Source: an uncultured Pelagibacteraceae bacterium (GTDB lineage: Bacteria > Pseudomonadota > Alphaproteobacteria > Pelagibacterales > Pelagibacteraceae). Taken from it: a stretch of DNA of 64,000 bases. The DNA lies in assembly GCA_902616675.1 (NCBI GenBank), contig CACMTV010000004.1, positions 5,133 to 69,132 on the forward strand, written 5' to 3'. The position numbers and the translations under genes are program-made. Below the pieces are notes generated by a model that saw only the letters and a list, made by a program, of their open reading frames with translations, did not search any database and was not told the DNA's origin. Below are positions 39,394 through 49,889 of the stretch, piece by piece; the first letter of the stretch is position 1, and each line of letters starts with the position of its first letter.

Positions 39394-40346
39394 TGTCAGT
39401 ATTATTAGTTGCAGAACATGATAATTCAAAATTAAAACCATTTACTTTAAATGCTATTACAGCAGCATCGAAAATTGATGGTGATGTTCATGTTTTAGTA
39501 GCTGGAGCAAATTGTGAAAATGTTACAAAAGAAGTGGCGAGTGTTCCGCTTGTTAAAAAAGTTTTATGGTGTGACTCGCCAAATTATCAAAATTATTTAC
39601 CTGAAAATTTAGCACCTTTAGTAACAAAGACTGCTGAAAAATATGATCACGTTGTAGCGTCTGCAAATACGTTTGGAAAAAATTTTATGCCAAGAGTAGC
39701 AGCTGCATTAGATATTTCTCAAGTAAGTGATATAATAAAAGTATCAAGCCCTGATACTTTTATTAGACCAATTTATGCAGGCAATGCTTTTGCTACTGTA
39801 AAAAGTAATGACAAAAAAAAGTGCGTAACAATTAGACCAACTTCTTTTGACCCTGCAGAAAAAACTGGTGGCTCTGCACAAGTTGATAAGATTGAAGCTG
39901 TTGATGTGCCGAATACATCAAAATTTATTAAAAGAGAAGAAACTAAATCAGAAAGACCTGAACTTGGAACTGCGAGAATAGTTGTTTCAGGTGGTAGAGG
40001 ATTAGAAAGTGGAGAAAATTTTAAATTAATCACAGATATCGCTGATAAGCTTAATGCTGCTGTTGGTGCATCAAGAGCTGCTGTCGATGCAGGTTACATA
40101 AGTAACGATCATCAAGTTGGGCAAACAGGTAAAGTTGTAGTCCCCGATTTATATATTGCTGTAGGAATCTCTGGAGCTATTCAACACTTAGCTGGTATGA
40201 AAGAGAGTAAAATAATTGTCGCAATTAACAAAGATGGTGAAGCTCCAATTTTTAGTGTTGCAGACTATGGTTTAGAAGCAGATTTATTTAAAGCTCTTCC
40301 TGAGTTTTTAGCTGAGTTGAACAAACTGAATACTATCCAAAAATAA
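39393..40346 (+). CDS. etfA: Electron transfer flavoprotein alpha subunit
   Basis: RPIYAGNA, VSGGRG, GASRAAVDAG, QVGQTGK and GISGAIQHLAGM motifs. Confidence 0.97.
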   Translation: MSVLLVAEHDNSKLKPFTLNAITAASKIDGDVHVLVAGANCENVTKEVASVPLVKKVLWCDSPNYQNYLPENLAPLVTKTAEKYDHVVASANTFGKNFMPRVAAALDISQVSDIIKVSSPDTFIRPIYAGNAFATVKSNDKKKCVTIRPTSFDPAEKTGGSAQVDKIEAVDVPNTSKFIKREETKSERPELGTARIVVSGGRGLESGENFKLITDIADKLNAAVGASRAAVDAGYISNDHQVGQTGKVVVPDLYIAVGISGAIQHLAGMKESKIIVAINKDGEAPIFSVADYGLEADLFKALPEFLAELNKLNTIQK

Positions 40347-40367
40347 TCAGTTTGATATAGTCATTTC

Positions 40368-41975
40368 ATGGCAAGAGAAGCAATGGAATATGATGTAGTT
40401 ATTGTTGGTGCAGGACCAGCTGGATTAACTACTGCGATTAAACTGAAACAACTCGACCCTAATTTAAGTGTTTGTATACTTGAAAAAGGTTCTGAAGTTG
40501 GAGCTCACATTTTAAGTGGAAATGTATTTGAAACAAAGGCTCTTGATGAGTTAATTCCAAATTGGAGAAATGAAAATGCTCCAATAAAAACAAAAGTTTC
40601 AAAGGAGAAGTTTCTATTTTTAGGTAAAAAATCATCTTTAAGTTGGCCGACTTGGCTTTTGCCTGCAGTACAAAAAAATCATAAAAATTACATAATAAGT
40701 CTTGCTAATTTGTGTCGTTGGTTGGCAGAACAAGCTGAAAAACTGGGTGTAGAAATTTTTCCAGGGTTTCCAGCAAGTGAAGTTCTTTATAATGACGATG
40801 GATCAGTAAAAGGTGTTGCTACATTAGATATGGGTCTAGACAAAGAAGGTAATAAAAAAGATACCTATCAAGAAGGTATGGAATTGCATGCCAAAGTTAC
40901 TGTTTTCTCTGAAGGTTGTAGGGGACATTTAGGAAAGCAACTAATAAAAAAATTTAATCTAGATGATGGTAAAAATCCACAGCAGTACGGTATCGGACTT
41001 AAAGAAATTTGGGAAGTAAGTGAACAACAACATCAAGAAGGCTTAGTTATGCATACAGCAGGCTGGCCATTAGATAGCAAAACTTATGGTGGAAGTTTTA
41101 TTTATCATGCAGAAAATAGGCAAATATATTTAGGCTATGTAATAGGTTTAGATTACCAAAATCCTTACCTTTCTCCTTTTGATGAGTTTCAAAGATTTAA
41201 AACACACCCAGCGATAAGAAAAATGTTTGAGGGTGGCAAAAGAATTTCTTTTGGTGCAAGAGCTTTAATTGAAGGGGGAATTCAAAGTTTGCCTAAAATG
41301 TATATGCCTGGTGCATTGCTGATAGGTTGTGATGCTGGAACTTTAAATATGCCAAAAATAAAAGGTTCTCATACTGCCATGAAAAGTGGAATAGTTGCTG
41401 CAGAAGCAATCGTAGAAAATATCAAAAATAAAGCTGATCTATCAATTTACGAAAAGAAATTTAAAGATAGCTGGGCATATAAGGAATTACATGCAGCTAG
41501 AAACGTTAAACCAAGTTTTAGTTGGGGATTGATATTAGGTATAATTTTTACAGGTATCGATCAGATTTTATTTAGGGGAAAATTGCCATTCACTTTAAAA
41601 CATAAACATGCAGACCATGAAGCTTTAAAACCTGCAAAAGAAATGCCTAAGATTGAGTACCCAAAACCTGATGGAAAACTAACTTTCGATAAAACAAGCT
41701 CAGTTTACTTAACAGGAACAAATCACACTGAAAATCAACCTGTTCATTTAAAATTAAAGGACCCCGAATTACCAATTAAGTATACACTTCAAAAATATGA
41801 TGAGCCCGCTCAAAGATATTGCCCAGTTGGAGTGTATGAAGTCCAAAAAGAGAAGTTTGTTATTAATTCTCAAAACTGTATCCACTGTAAAACATGTGAT
41901 ATTAAAGAGCCTTCTCAAAACATCACTTGGGTTTGTCCTGAGGGTGGCGGTGGACCCAAATATGGCAATATGTAA
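40368..41975 (+). CDS. ETF-ubiquinone oxidoreductase
   Basis: GAGPAGL, EKGSEVGAHILSG, KIKGSHTAMKSG and C-terminal 4Fe-4S CP...NCIHCKTCDIK motifs. Confidence 0.96.
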   Translation: MAREAMEYDVVIVGAGPAGLTTAIKLKQLDPNLSVCILEKGSEVGAHILSGNVFETKALDELIPNWRNENAPIKTKVSKEKFLFLGKKSSLSWPTWLLPAVQKNHKNYIISLANLCRWLAEQAEKLGVEIFPGFPASEVLYNDDGSVKGVATLDMGLDKEGNKKDTYQEGMELHAKVTVFSEGCRGHLGKQLIKKFNLDDGKNPQQYGIGLKEIWEVSEQQHQEGLVMHTAGWPLDSKTYGGSFIYHAENRQIYLGYVIGLDYQNPYLSPFDEFQRFKTHPAIRKMFEGGKRISFGARALIEGGIQSLPKMYMPGALLIGCDAGTLNMPKIKGSHTAMKSGIVAAEAIVENIKNKADLSIYEKKFKDSWAYKELHAARNVKPSFSWGLILGIIFTGIDQILFRGKLPFTLKHKHADHEALKPAKEMPKIEYPKPDGKLTFDKTSSVYLTGTNHTENQPVHLKLKDPELPIKYTLQKYDEPAQRYCPVGVYEVQKEKFVINSQNCIHCKTCDIKEPSQNITWVCPEGGGGPKYGNM

Positions 41976-42020
41976 ATAATTCTTGTTGATTTTGTATTGG
42001 ATTGGTCTATACGGCTGGTA

Positions 42021-43343
42021 ATGTACAAGATCATAAAAAATTCGTGGGCTCTTTTCACCGGTTTTACAATTATCATTATTTCTCACGGATTTCAGGGAAA
42101 CCTTTTAGGAATTAGGTCAGTTTTAGAAAATTTTAATTATATAGCAACTGGAACAATGATGTCTGGTTATTTTGCAGGTTTTTTTGTGGGAGCTTACATC
42201 ATACCTAATCTGGTATCTAAAGTTGGACACATAAGAGTATTTGCAGCATTTGCTTCTATGGCATCATTAAGCTCTTTAGTGCATGTAGTTTTTGTTGATC
42301 CTTTGGTTTGGGTACTTGCAAGATTTTTAACTGGATTTAGCATGATAGGTATATTTGTTATCGTTGAAAGTTGGTTAAATGATAGAGCAAATAATAAAAC
42401 TAGAGGAAAAGTATTATCTTTATATATGTTTATCACCTTTGCTGGCCTTGCTCTTGGAAACCTGTTGCTTAACGTCAGTAATCCAAAAAACTACGAGCCA
42501 TTCATTCTAATTTCTTTATTGTTTTCTATAGCTTTAATTCCAATACTTTTAACAAAAAGAAAGCCTCCTAAATTTAAAAAAACTACTTCAATAAAAATTA
42601 AAGAGTTATTTAAAATCTCCCCTTTTGGTAGTTTTTCTATGATTTGCACTGGCTTTATATTTGCGCCAATATTTACGCTTTTATCGGTATACGCAATTAC
42701 AATGAAGCTTTCTATATTTGAAACCTCTTTGTTACTTGTTGGAACGATGTTAGCTGGAGCTTTGTTTCAATGGCCGATTGGATCTTTATCAGATAGATAT
42801 GACAGAAGAATAATTATTATTGGATCTTCGATTGCAGCCTCGATATTTGCTATTTTTGCTGTAATTGTTTCAGGTGCTGGTGCTTCTATACCAAATTTAT
42901 TTGTAGAAACTACAGTAAGTTTTAATTATTTTTCAACCACAATGGATAAAACAAAACTCTTCTTGTTTATTATTCTTTTATCTGGAACTACACTTCCTCT
43001 ATTCTCATTAAATTTGGCTTTAGTAAATGACCAAATACCTAAAGAAAAATTCGTTGCTGCAGGAGGAGGTCTTAATATTATTTTTGGAATAGGAGCGATA
43101 GCAGGCCCAATAATGTGCTCGGCGTTGATGAATTTACTTGGACCAAATGGATTATTTATCCACTTTTTAATTTTCTTTATTTTAATAATCATTTTTGGAT
43201 TATACAGAATGAATCAAAGAAAATATGAAGATAATCCTGACTCAACTTTTACACCTTTACCAACAAATATTACTCCATTGGGAATTGAATTAGATCCAGA
43301 GACAGGTGTTGATTTGTCTAATACTGAAAATAAAAAAAGTTAA
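42021..43343 (+). CDS. MFS transporter (YcaD-like)
   Basis: KVGHIRVFAAFAS, IVESWLN and QWPIGSLSDRYDRR motifs; ATG at 42021. Confidence 0.88.
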   Translation: MYKIIKNSWALFTGFTIIIISHGFQGNLLGIRSVLENFNYIATGTMMSGYFAGFFVGAYIIPNLVSKVGHIRVFAAFASMASLSSLVHVVFVDPLVWVLARFLTGFSMIGIFVIVESWLNDRANNKTRGKVLSLYMFITFAGLALGNLLLNVSNPKNYEPFILISLLFSIALIPILLTKRKPPKFKKTTSIKIKELFKISPFGSFSMICTGFIFAPIFTLLSVYAITMKLSIFETSLLLVGTMLAGALFQWPIGSLSDRYDRRIIIIGSSIAASIFAIFAVIVSGAGASIPNLFVETTVSFNYFSTTMDKTKLFLFIILLSGTTLPLFSLNLALVNDQIPKEKFVAAGGGLNIIFGIGAIAGPIMCSALMNLLGPNGLFIHFLIFFILIIIFGLYRMNQRKYEDNPDSTFTPLPTNITPLGIELDPETGVDLSNTENKKS

Positions 43344-43864
43344 TTTAAGCTAGCAGTATCTTTGAGTCTTTGCTGAAAATAATCTTCAAAAGATTTATTG
43401 CATGTAATAATATATTTATTTCCTAAATTATATATTGAGCACTCAATTCTTGCTAATACAGTCTGAGCCATAGTTGATTTTGGAAATTTTTCTTCTCTTA
43501 AATCGAAATGGGTTAATTGATTCAAAAAGTAGTCTTTATTTTCTCCTTCAATTTCAAAGTATACTTGTCCATAAGAATAATCAGAGGCAAGCATGTTCTC
43601 ATTAGTGTTAATCGATGATACCAAATTTAAAATATGATGATGTTCTTTTTTTTCTGTTAAAATTAAACTCCACTGATCAAAAGAATTTTTTGCAAATAGA
43701 TAATTCAAATCAAACTTAACCTCCAAGTTTTTTGATGGAGGTTTAATTGAGGTTTTCTCCTCTATTATATTATTGAATTTTTCAAGTCCATTCCCTCTAA
43801 TTATTATTTGATGATAATCTTTTTGGGAAACTTTAACACCAGGAATTGATAATATGTTTGTCAT
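43340..43864 (-). CDS. soxG: Sarcosine oxidase gamma subunit
   Basis: Last gene of soxBDA cluster; FDLR...AQTVLAR...SFEDY similarity. Confidence 0.75.
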   Translation of the reverse strand: MTNILSIPGVKVSQKDYHQIIIRGNGLEKFNNIIEEKTSIKPPSKNLEVKFDLNYLFAKNSFDQWSLILTEKKEHHHILNLVSSINTNENMLASDYSYGQVYFEIEGENKDYFLNQLTHFDLREEKFPKSTMAQTVLARIECSIYNLGNKYIITCNKSFEDYFQQRLKDTASLN

Positions 43865-46842
43865 GAAGTTAACCTTTTATTTTCTGGGTCAATAAATACT
43901 GGATTTACTATTTCCACAGGAATATTTTTAGTCTTTCCCGTGGCAGTGACAAAAAATTTCTGCCCAAGTAAATTTTTACCACCTCTTATCATAGCAAGAC
44001 CAATTGAATGATTTAAATTTGGACTGTGATAACCTGAGGAAACATGTCCAAGATATTTTATCGGATCTGTAATTTTTTTTGGTAACTCGTTTAATTCGAC
44101 TATATGTTGTCCTTCTTCTATAATATCTTTTTTATTGATCGGTGAAAGACCAACAAGTTGTTTTCTATCTGCTCTTGAGGTATCAGGACGAGATAAAGAT
44201 CTTTTGCCGATAAAGTCTTTTTTATTTTTACCTATCATCCAATTATAATTGAGGTCTATTGGAGTTACTGTTCCATCAGTTTCTTGACCAATAACTATGT
44301 AACCCTTTTCTGCTCTAAGTAAATGCATAGTTTCTGTTCCGTACGGAATTAAATTAAACTCTTTACCGCAAGAGAATATCTCTTCCCAGAGCTCTAAGCC
44401 AAATTTGGGGGAGATATAAATTTCATAACCTAATTCACCTGTAAAGCTAGCTCTCATAATTCTGATTTTAGTTTCTTTATAATCAAAGTTTTTAAAAGTC
44501 ATAAATGGGAAAGCATCATTGCTAAAATCAATATCAGGAAATACTCTCATCATAATTTCCCTTGTTTTAGGTCCGCTAATGTTAAATGTAGAAAACTGTT
44601 CAGTAATAGAGTTTAAATACACTTGTAAATGAGGCCACTCTGTTTGCAAATATTCTTCCATGTCGGCAAGTACTTTTGGTGCCCCGCTTGATGTAGTCGT
44701 AGCAATAAAATGCTGATCACTTATCTTACAGATTATCCCGTCATCTTTTATCATGCCATCCTCACCTAGCATCATAGCGTATCTAGATGTCATTGGTTTC
44801 ATTTTTGAAAATGCATTGGTGTACATTAAATTCATAAATTCCAAAGCATCTCTTCCTTTAATTTCAATTTTTCCAAGAGTACTACCATCTAAAATTCCAG
44901 CATTCTCTCTTAACGTTTTTGACTCTCTTTGCACTGCTTGATGCATAGTTTCGTTTTCACTTGCTTTAAAATACCAAGGTCTTTTCCACTGTCCTACATC
45001 TTCGAAAACAGCATTATTTTTTAAATGCCATGAATGAATTGAAGTTTTTCTTTCTGGATCATAAAATTCGTAAGTACTTCTTCCTGCGATGGCTGCAAAG
45101 CTTAATGGTGCATAAGGTGGTCTATAAGTAGTAGTTCCAACCTCAGATATTTCTTTTTTTAATATCTTTGAGACTATCGCAAGTGAATTAATACTACTTA
45201 TTTTACCTTGGTCAGTTCCCATACTATTTGTTGTATATCTTTTTAAGTGTTCAATACGATCAAATCCCTCTGTAATAGCCTGTTTCAAATCTTTAGTCGT
45301 AACATCGTTATGCAGGTCAATAAAAGATTTTGCCCAATTAGATTTGTTCTTTATTTTCGTTTCCCACAATTCCTTAATTGAAAATTTATTTGGTACGTTT
45401 AAATTAATATCTAATGATACTTTTTTTGTTTTAAAAATTGAAAGTTTTTCATTAATTTCATCACATAACTTTTTAAAACTATAATTTCCGCTTGTTGATC
45501 CTAAGGTAATAGTTTTTTGAAAAGGTGTATCAGGTTTAAATGAAAGTATATTTTTATCCCATTTAACTAAACCTTTTGATTGTGTAAATAAATGTATATC
45601 AGGATTATATCCACCCGAAACACATAACATTGAAGACTTAATTTTATCAAATGATTTACCTTGTCTTATAGTAATGGTCTCTACTTTTTTATTTCCATCA
45701 CATCCTTCTATTTCTGCATCGCTAAAAAATGGAATTTCTTTATCTTTTAAAATTTTTTTTATTTCAGTCTCAATATTGTCTTTTTTTCTAGAGTCAACGT
45801 AAGCTTTTGGTTTACACCCTAGGTTAATTAAAGTTTTAAGCAGACTTAATGAAGATGAATTGTTCGTAAATATAACTGGTTCCTTTTCAGGAACAACACC
45901 GTATCTATGAATATATTTTTCAAATGAAGATGCTAACATTACCCCTGGCAAATCATTATTTCTAAAAGAAATAAATCTTTCTATATGACCATTAGCTATT
46001 ATTGTGTTTGAAGTCCTGATTTTGTGAAGGGTAAGCTCTGATTTATTTAAATCAATTTTTTTCCCAGCAAACTTATCTTCTAAAGCTATAAGATGATTGG
46101 TAAAATTATATGTTGTTACTAGGGTATTTTTTAAAATAGTAATATTTTTTGAATTTAATATTGATTCCTCAGTTTCACTTATCCACTCTTGAGGAGTCAA
46201 ACCATTTATGGTTTTAACTTTATTTGAATTTTTAAGTACACCTCCCAAGTAACTATCTTGTTCGATAAGTAAAACTTTATATTTCGTATTTATAAATTTT
46301 TTAGCTGCAGCTAAACCACTCAAACCTGCCCCTATGATAACGACATCAGTATTATGATATTGGTGGGTGCTTTTAGACCTGAAATTTTTTGGTGGCTTAC
46401 CTAATCCAGCTGAACGTCTTATTAACGGTTCATAAAGATTTTTCCAAAAACCTTTAGGACCCATAAAAGTTTTGTAATAAAAACCAGCTGAAAATATCGG
46501 TGAAAGAATGTTATTAATTGCACCAAAATCATATCTTAAAGACGGCCATCGATTTTGGCTTGTAATTTCCATTCCATCATAAACTCGTTTAATCGTTGCT
46601 CGAGTGTTAGGCTCATTATGCTCACTTATTATCTGTACCAGTGCATTAGGTTCTTCAATTCCACAAGTATAAATTCCTCTAGGTCTATGGTATTTAAAAC
46701 TTCTACCAACTAATCTAATATTATTTCTTAAAAGTGCAGAGGCAATAGTATCGCCCTCATAAGCTTGATAAGTATTTCCATCGAAGGTAATTTTAACTTG
46801 TTTTTTTGAGATATATTTACAGTTATTATTTATAGCTGACAT
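43861..46842 (-). CDS. soxA: Sarcosine oxidase alpha subunit
   Basis: GDTIASALL, GRSFKYHRPRG, EHLKRYTT..MGTDQGK and LRAEKGYIVIGQETDG motifs. Confidence 0.96.
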   Translation of the reverse strand: MSAINNNCKYISKKQVKITFDGNTYQAYEGDTIASALLRNNIRLVGRSFKYHRPRGIYTCGIEEPNALVQIISEHNEPNTRATIKRVYDGMEITSQNRWPSLRYDFGAINNILSPIFSAGFYYKTFMGPKGFWKNLYEPLIRRSAGLGKPPKNFRSKSTHQYHNTDVVIIGAGLSGLAAAKKFINTKYKVLLIEQDSYLGGVLKNSNKVKTINGLTPQEWISETEESILNSKNITILKNTLVTTYNFTNHLIALEDKFAGKKIDLNKSELTLHKIRTSNTIIANGHIERFISFRNNDLPGVMLASSFEKYIHRYGVVPEKEPVIFTNNSSSLSLLKTLINLGCKPKAYVDSRKKDNIETEIKKILKDKEIPFFSDAEIEGCDGNKKVETITIRQGKSFDKIKSSMLCVSGGYNPDIHLFTQSKGLVKWDKNILSFKPDTPFQKTITLGSTSGNYSFKKLCDEINEKLSIFKTKKVSLDINLNVPNKFSIKELWETKIKNKSNWAKSFIDLHNDVTTKDLKQAITEGFDRIEHLKRYTTNSMGTDQGKISSINSLAIVSKILKKEISEVGTTTYRPPYAPLSFAAIAGRSTYEFYDPERKTSIHSWHLKNNAVFEDVGQWKRPWYFKASENETMHQAVQRESKTLRENAGILDGSTLGKIEIKGRDALEFMNLMYTNAFSKMKPMTSRYAMMLGEDGMIKDDGIICKISDQHFIATTTSSGAPKVLADMEEYLQTEWPHLQVYLNSITEQFSTFNISGPKTREIMMRVFPDIDFSNDAFPFMTFKNFDYKETKIRIMRASFTGELGYEIYISPKFGLELWEEIFSCGKEFNLIPYGTETMHLLRAEKGYIVIGQETDGTVTPIDLNYNWMIGKNKKDFIGKRSLSRPDTSRADRKQLVGLSPINKKDIIEEGQHIVELNELPKKITDPIKYLGHVSSGYHSPNLNHSIGLAMIRGGKNLLGQKFFVTATGKTKNIPVEIVNPVFIDPENKRLTS

Positions 46843-46845
46843 ACT

Positions 46846-47196
46846 TTACTTCTTTACTGCAAAATTTCCTGATCCTACTGATGGCTCGCCAGATGGTGAT
46901 TTTAGAGTGTTTTGAAATTCACTTAAATCTGGCCTTTTTTCATTAACTTTATAAACTTTTAATATTTGGTCAGTGGATGTATTTCTTACTGCATTAAACC
47001 ATTTTTTACATCCATGAGTGTGTACCCATCTCTCATAAAAAATTCCTTTAGGGTTGTTTCTATAGAAAACATATTCTCCCCAATCTTTGTCTGATAAACT
47101 TTCCGGATTTTTAGGACGAATTACGTGAGCTTCCCCACCATTGGCAAACTCTGATTGATCTCTTTCGCCGCAATATGGACATTTAATTAAAATCAT
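46846..47196 (-). CDS. soxD: Sarcosine oxidase delta subunit
   Basis: CPYCGER...GGEAH...NPKG...ERWVHTHGC.KWFNAVR. Confidence 0.95.
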   Translation of the reverse strand: MILIKCPYCGERDQSEFANGGEAHVIRPKNPESLSDKDWGEYVFYRNNPKGIFYERWVHTHGCKKWFNAVRNTSTDQILKVYKVNEKRPDLSEFQNTLKSPSGEPSVGSGNFAVKK

Positions 47197-47198
47197 GA

Positions 47199-48449
47199 CT
47201 AGTGTGCAACAGCTGCAGCGCCGTGCTCATCTATCAATCTTCCTTCAGAAAATCTACTTAGATCAAATGGAGCATTTATTTTATGAGGTTCATCTTTTGC
47301 AATTGTGTGTGCAAATACATTTGCGCTTCCAGGAGTAGCTTTGAAACCTCCAGTTCCCCAACCACAATTAAAATATAAACCTTCAACATCACATTTGCTT
47401 ATAATTGGACTCGCGTCTGGGCAAATGTCTACTATGCCTCCCCATTGTCTTAACATTTTCATTTTTCCAAAAATTGGATAAAGTTCAACAATAGCTCTAA
47501 CTGTTTCTTCTATAACATCGTAACCACCTCTTTGAGTAAAGGAATTGTAACCGTCCGTGCCAGCTCCAATTACTAACTCTCCTTTGTCAGATTGACTTAC
47601 ATAAGCATGTACAGCATTAGACATAACCACTGTATTAATAACTGGTTTTATTGGTTCAGAAACTAAAGCTTGCAAAGGTCTGCTTTGCAAAGGTAGTCTT
47701 ACTCCAGCTGTTGCAGCAAGTACACTTGTATGACCTGAAGCTACGACACCAATCTTGCTTGATTTAATAAAACCTTTTGTGGTTTCTACACCTTCAACTT
47801 TATAATTATCTGTTTTAATTCCCTTTACTTCACAATTTTGAATTATATCAACACCTAATTCGTCAGCTCTCATTGCATATCCCCAAGCAACAGCGTCGTG
47901 TCTAGCGACTCCTCCTCTCGGTTGATAAGCAGCGCCAAGAACTGGATATCTTAGATTGTCTGTATTCATTATTGGAACTAAATCTTTTATTTCATTTTTA
48001 TCTAACCACATTGTATCTAATCCATTAAGTCTATTTGCTGATACTCTTCTTTTTATTTCTTTTATATCATGTTCATTGTGAGCAAGATTTAAAACACCCC
48101 TTTGACTAAACATCATATTATAATTTAGATCTTCTGATAAATTTTCCCATAGTTTGACCGCATGGTCATAAAGATATGCGCTCTCGTCCCATAAATAATT
48201 AGATCTTATGATAGTGGTATTTCTCCCAGTATTACCGCTACCTAACCAACCTTTTTCTATTACGGCTATATTTTTAATTCCGTGGTGTTTGGCTAAATAA
48301 TAAGCAGTGCCCAATCCATGGCCACCTCCCCCCACGATAATTACATCATAATGTTTTTTTGGATTTGGACTCCGCCACATTTTACCCCAGTTTTCATTAT
48401 TTGAGAGTGAGTTTTTTACTATGCTTGCTATAGAATATTTTTTTTTCAC
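47199..48449 (-). CDS. soxB: Sarcosine oxidase beta subunit
   Basis: [51 protein letters not shown] and [10 protein letters not shown] motifs; probable GTG start at 48449. Confidence 0.96.
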   Translation of the reverse strand: MKKKYSIASIVKNSLSNNENWGKMWRSPNPKKHYDVIIVGGGGHGLGTAYYLAKHHGIKNIAVIEKGWLGSGNTGRNTTIIRSNYLWDESAYLYDHAVKLWENLSEDLNYNMMFSQRGVLNLAHNEHDIKEIKRRVSANRLNGLDTMWLDKNEIKDLVPIMNTDNLRYPVLGAAYQPRGGVARHDAVAWGYAMRADELGVDIIQNCEVKGIKTDNYKVEGVETTKGFIKSSKIGVVASGHTSVLAATAGVRLPLQSRPLQALVSEPIKPVINTVVMSNAVHAYVSQSDKGELVIGAGTDGYNSFTQRGGYDVIEETVRAIVELYPIFGKMKMLRQWGGIVDICPDASPIISKCDVEGLYFNCGWGTGGFKATPGSANVFAHTIAKDEPHKINAPFDLSRFSEGRLIDEHGAAAVAH

Positions 48450-48488
48450 AAATAAAAGTACCAAAAAAATTTAATGTCAGCCAGTTAA

Positions 48489-48830
48489 TTAATCTAAGAT
48501 CTTGATTTTTGAACTTTTGTTTATTTGGCTTTTTAATTCAGAAACTCTTTTTTTAAGAATTTTACATACTTCAGTTTCTGTCATTTCTAGAAAATTCACA
48601 CATTTGACTTTTTCCCTCTCAGGGTTGTGTTTTTCTGCAAATCCAATAGCGTGTTCTAGGCTAGATTTTCCTGTCGACTTTTTAATTCCGTAATCAAGAG
48701 CGGTAGTAAAGGTTGATCTAGCCAAATTTCCCCCGCCAGCTGCTGTAGAAGCTGGTCCCAGAAATGCAACAGTTTCAGCACATCCAGTTACAAATATAGC
48801 TAAAAATAAACTTATATAAATTTTTCTCAA
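48489..48830 (-). CDS. Hypothetical lipoprotein
   Basis: Lipobox FVTGC after a hydrophobic signal; GAGAGGGAAG RBS. Confidence 0.72.
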   Translation of the reverse strand: MRKIYISLFLAIFVTGCAETVAFLGPASTAAGGGNLARSTFTTALDYGIKKSTGKSSLEHAIGFAEKHNPEREKVKCVNFLEMTETEVCKILKKRVSELKSQINKSSKIKILD

Positions 48831-48938
48831 ACTTCCCTCTCTTTTTTCACTAAACCCTTATATGTTATTTGCTTCTCATAAAAACACTTATTTGCTCACA
48901 TTGAGCCTATAAAAACAACCATTAATTGTAATATGTTT

Positions 48939-49889
48939 TTACTTAATTTCTCGAATCGGCTTATTATTCATACATGAATTGAGGTTTTCAATCATCTGTA
49001 AATAAAACTTGGAATAATTTTCCACAGTGACATATCCTAAGTGCGGCAATAAAAAAGCGTTAGGTAAAAACCTTAGTTTATGATCTTGAGGTAAAGGTTC
49101 CTGATTATAAACGTCTAATCCTGCACCGGCGATCTGATCATTTTCCAAAGCTTCAATTAAATCTTTTTCATTTACTATTTCTCCTCTTGAAGTATTTATT
49201 AAAAAAGAGGTTTTTTTCATATCTTCTAATTCTTTTTTAGAAATTAAATTTTTATATTTATTAGATAAGACAACATGAATAGATAAAATATCAGACGTTT
49301 TAATTAAATCATCTTTACTCATTGGTAATACGTTTAATTTATTAGCTTCAGATAAATTTAGATTTTCACTCCATGCTGAAACCTCCATACCAAAAGCTTG
49401 ACCAATTTTAGCAACCTGGCTTCCGATTTTACCTAAACCTATTATTCCTAATCTTTTTCCCTTGAGCTCGTAGCCAATAGTTGTTTGCCAATATCCTTGG
49501 AACATATTATCAATTTCTTGTTTTAAGTTTCTCATTAACCCAAGTATTAAAGCCCAGGTAACTTCTGCAGCAGGATTAGAATTAATATCAGTACCGCATA
49601 CCAATATTTTATTTTCTTTTGTTGCGTCTAAATCAATTGCTTTATTTCTAGTTCCAGAGGTCATTATAAATTTTAACTTTGGTAAATTTGAAATTAAAGT
49701 TTTAGTAATTTTCGTCCTTTCTCTCATAATAAATATAGCTTCAAAATCTTTTAAAACCTCAATAGCCTCTAATTCATTTTGGAAAGGCTGATTGAAAATT
49801 GTAAACTCATATTTTGATTTATACTCGTCTAAATTAATAATCTGACTGAAAATATTTTGATAATCATCTAAAACCGCAACTTTAAGCAT
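48939..49889 (-). CDS. D-isomer-specific 2-hydroxyacid dehydrogenase
   Basis: VAVLDDYQ, MRERT, GLGKIG, INTSRG, GLDVYNQEPLP and PHLGYVT motifs. Confidence 0.92.
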   Translation of the reverse strand: MLKVAVLDDYQNIFSQIINLDEYKSKYEFTIFNQPFQNELEAIEVLKDFEAIFIMRERTKITKTLISNLPKLKFIMTSGTRNKAIDLDATKENKILVCGTDINSNPAAEVTWALILGLMRNLKQEIDNMFQGYWQTTIGYELKGKRLGIIGLGKIGSQVAKIGQAFGMEVSAWSENLNLSEANKLNVLPMSKDDLIKTSDILSIHVVLSNKYKNLISKKELEDMKKTSFLINTSRGEIVNEKDLIEALENDQIAGAGLDVYNQEPLPQDHKLRFLPNAFLLPHLGYVTVENYSKFYLQMIENLNSCMNNKPIREIK

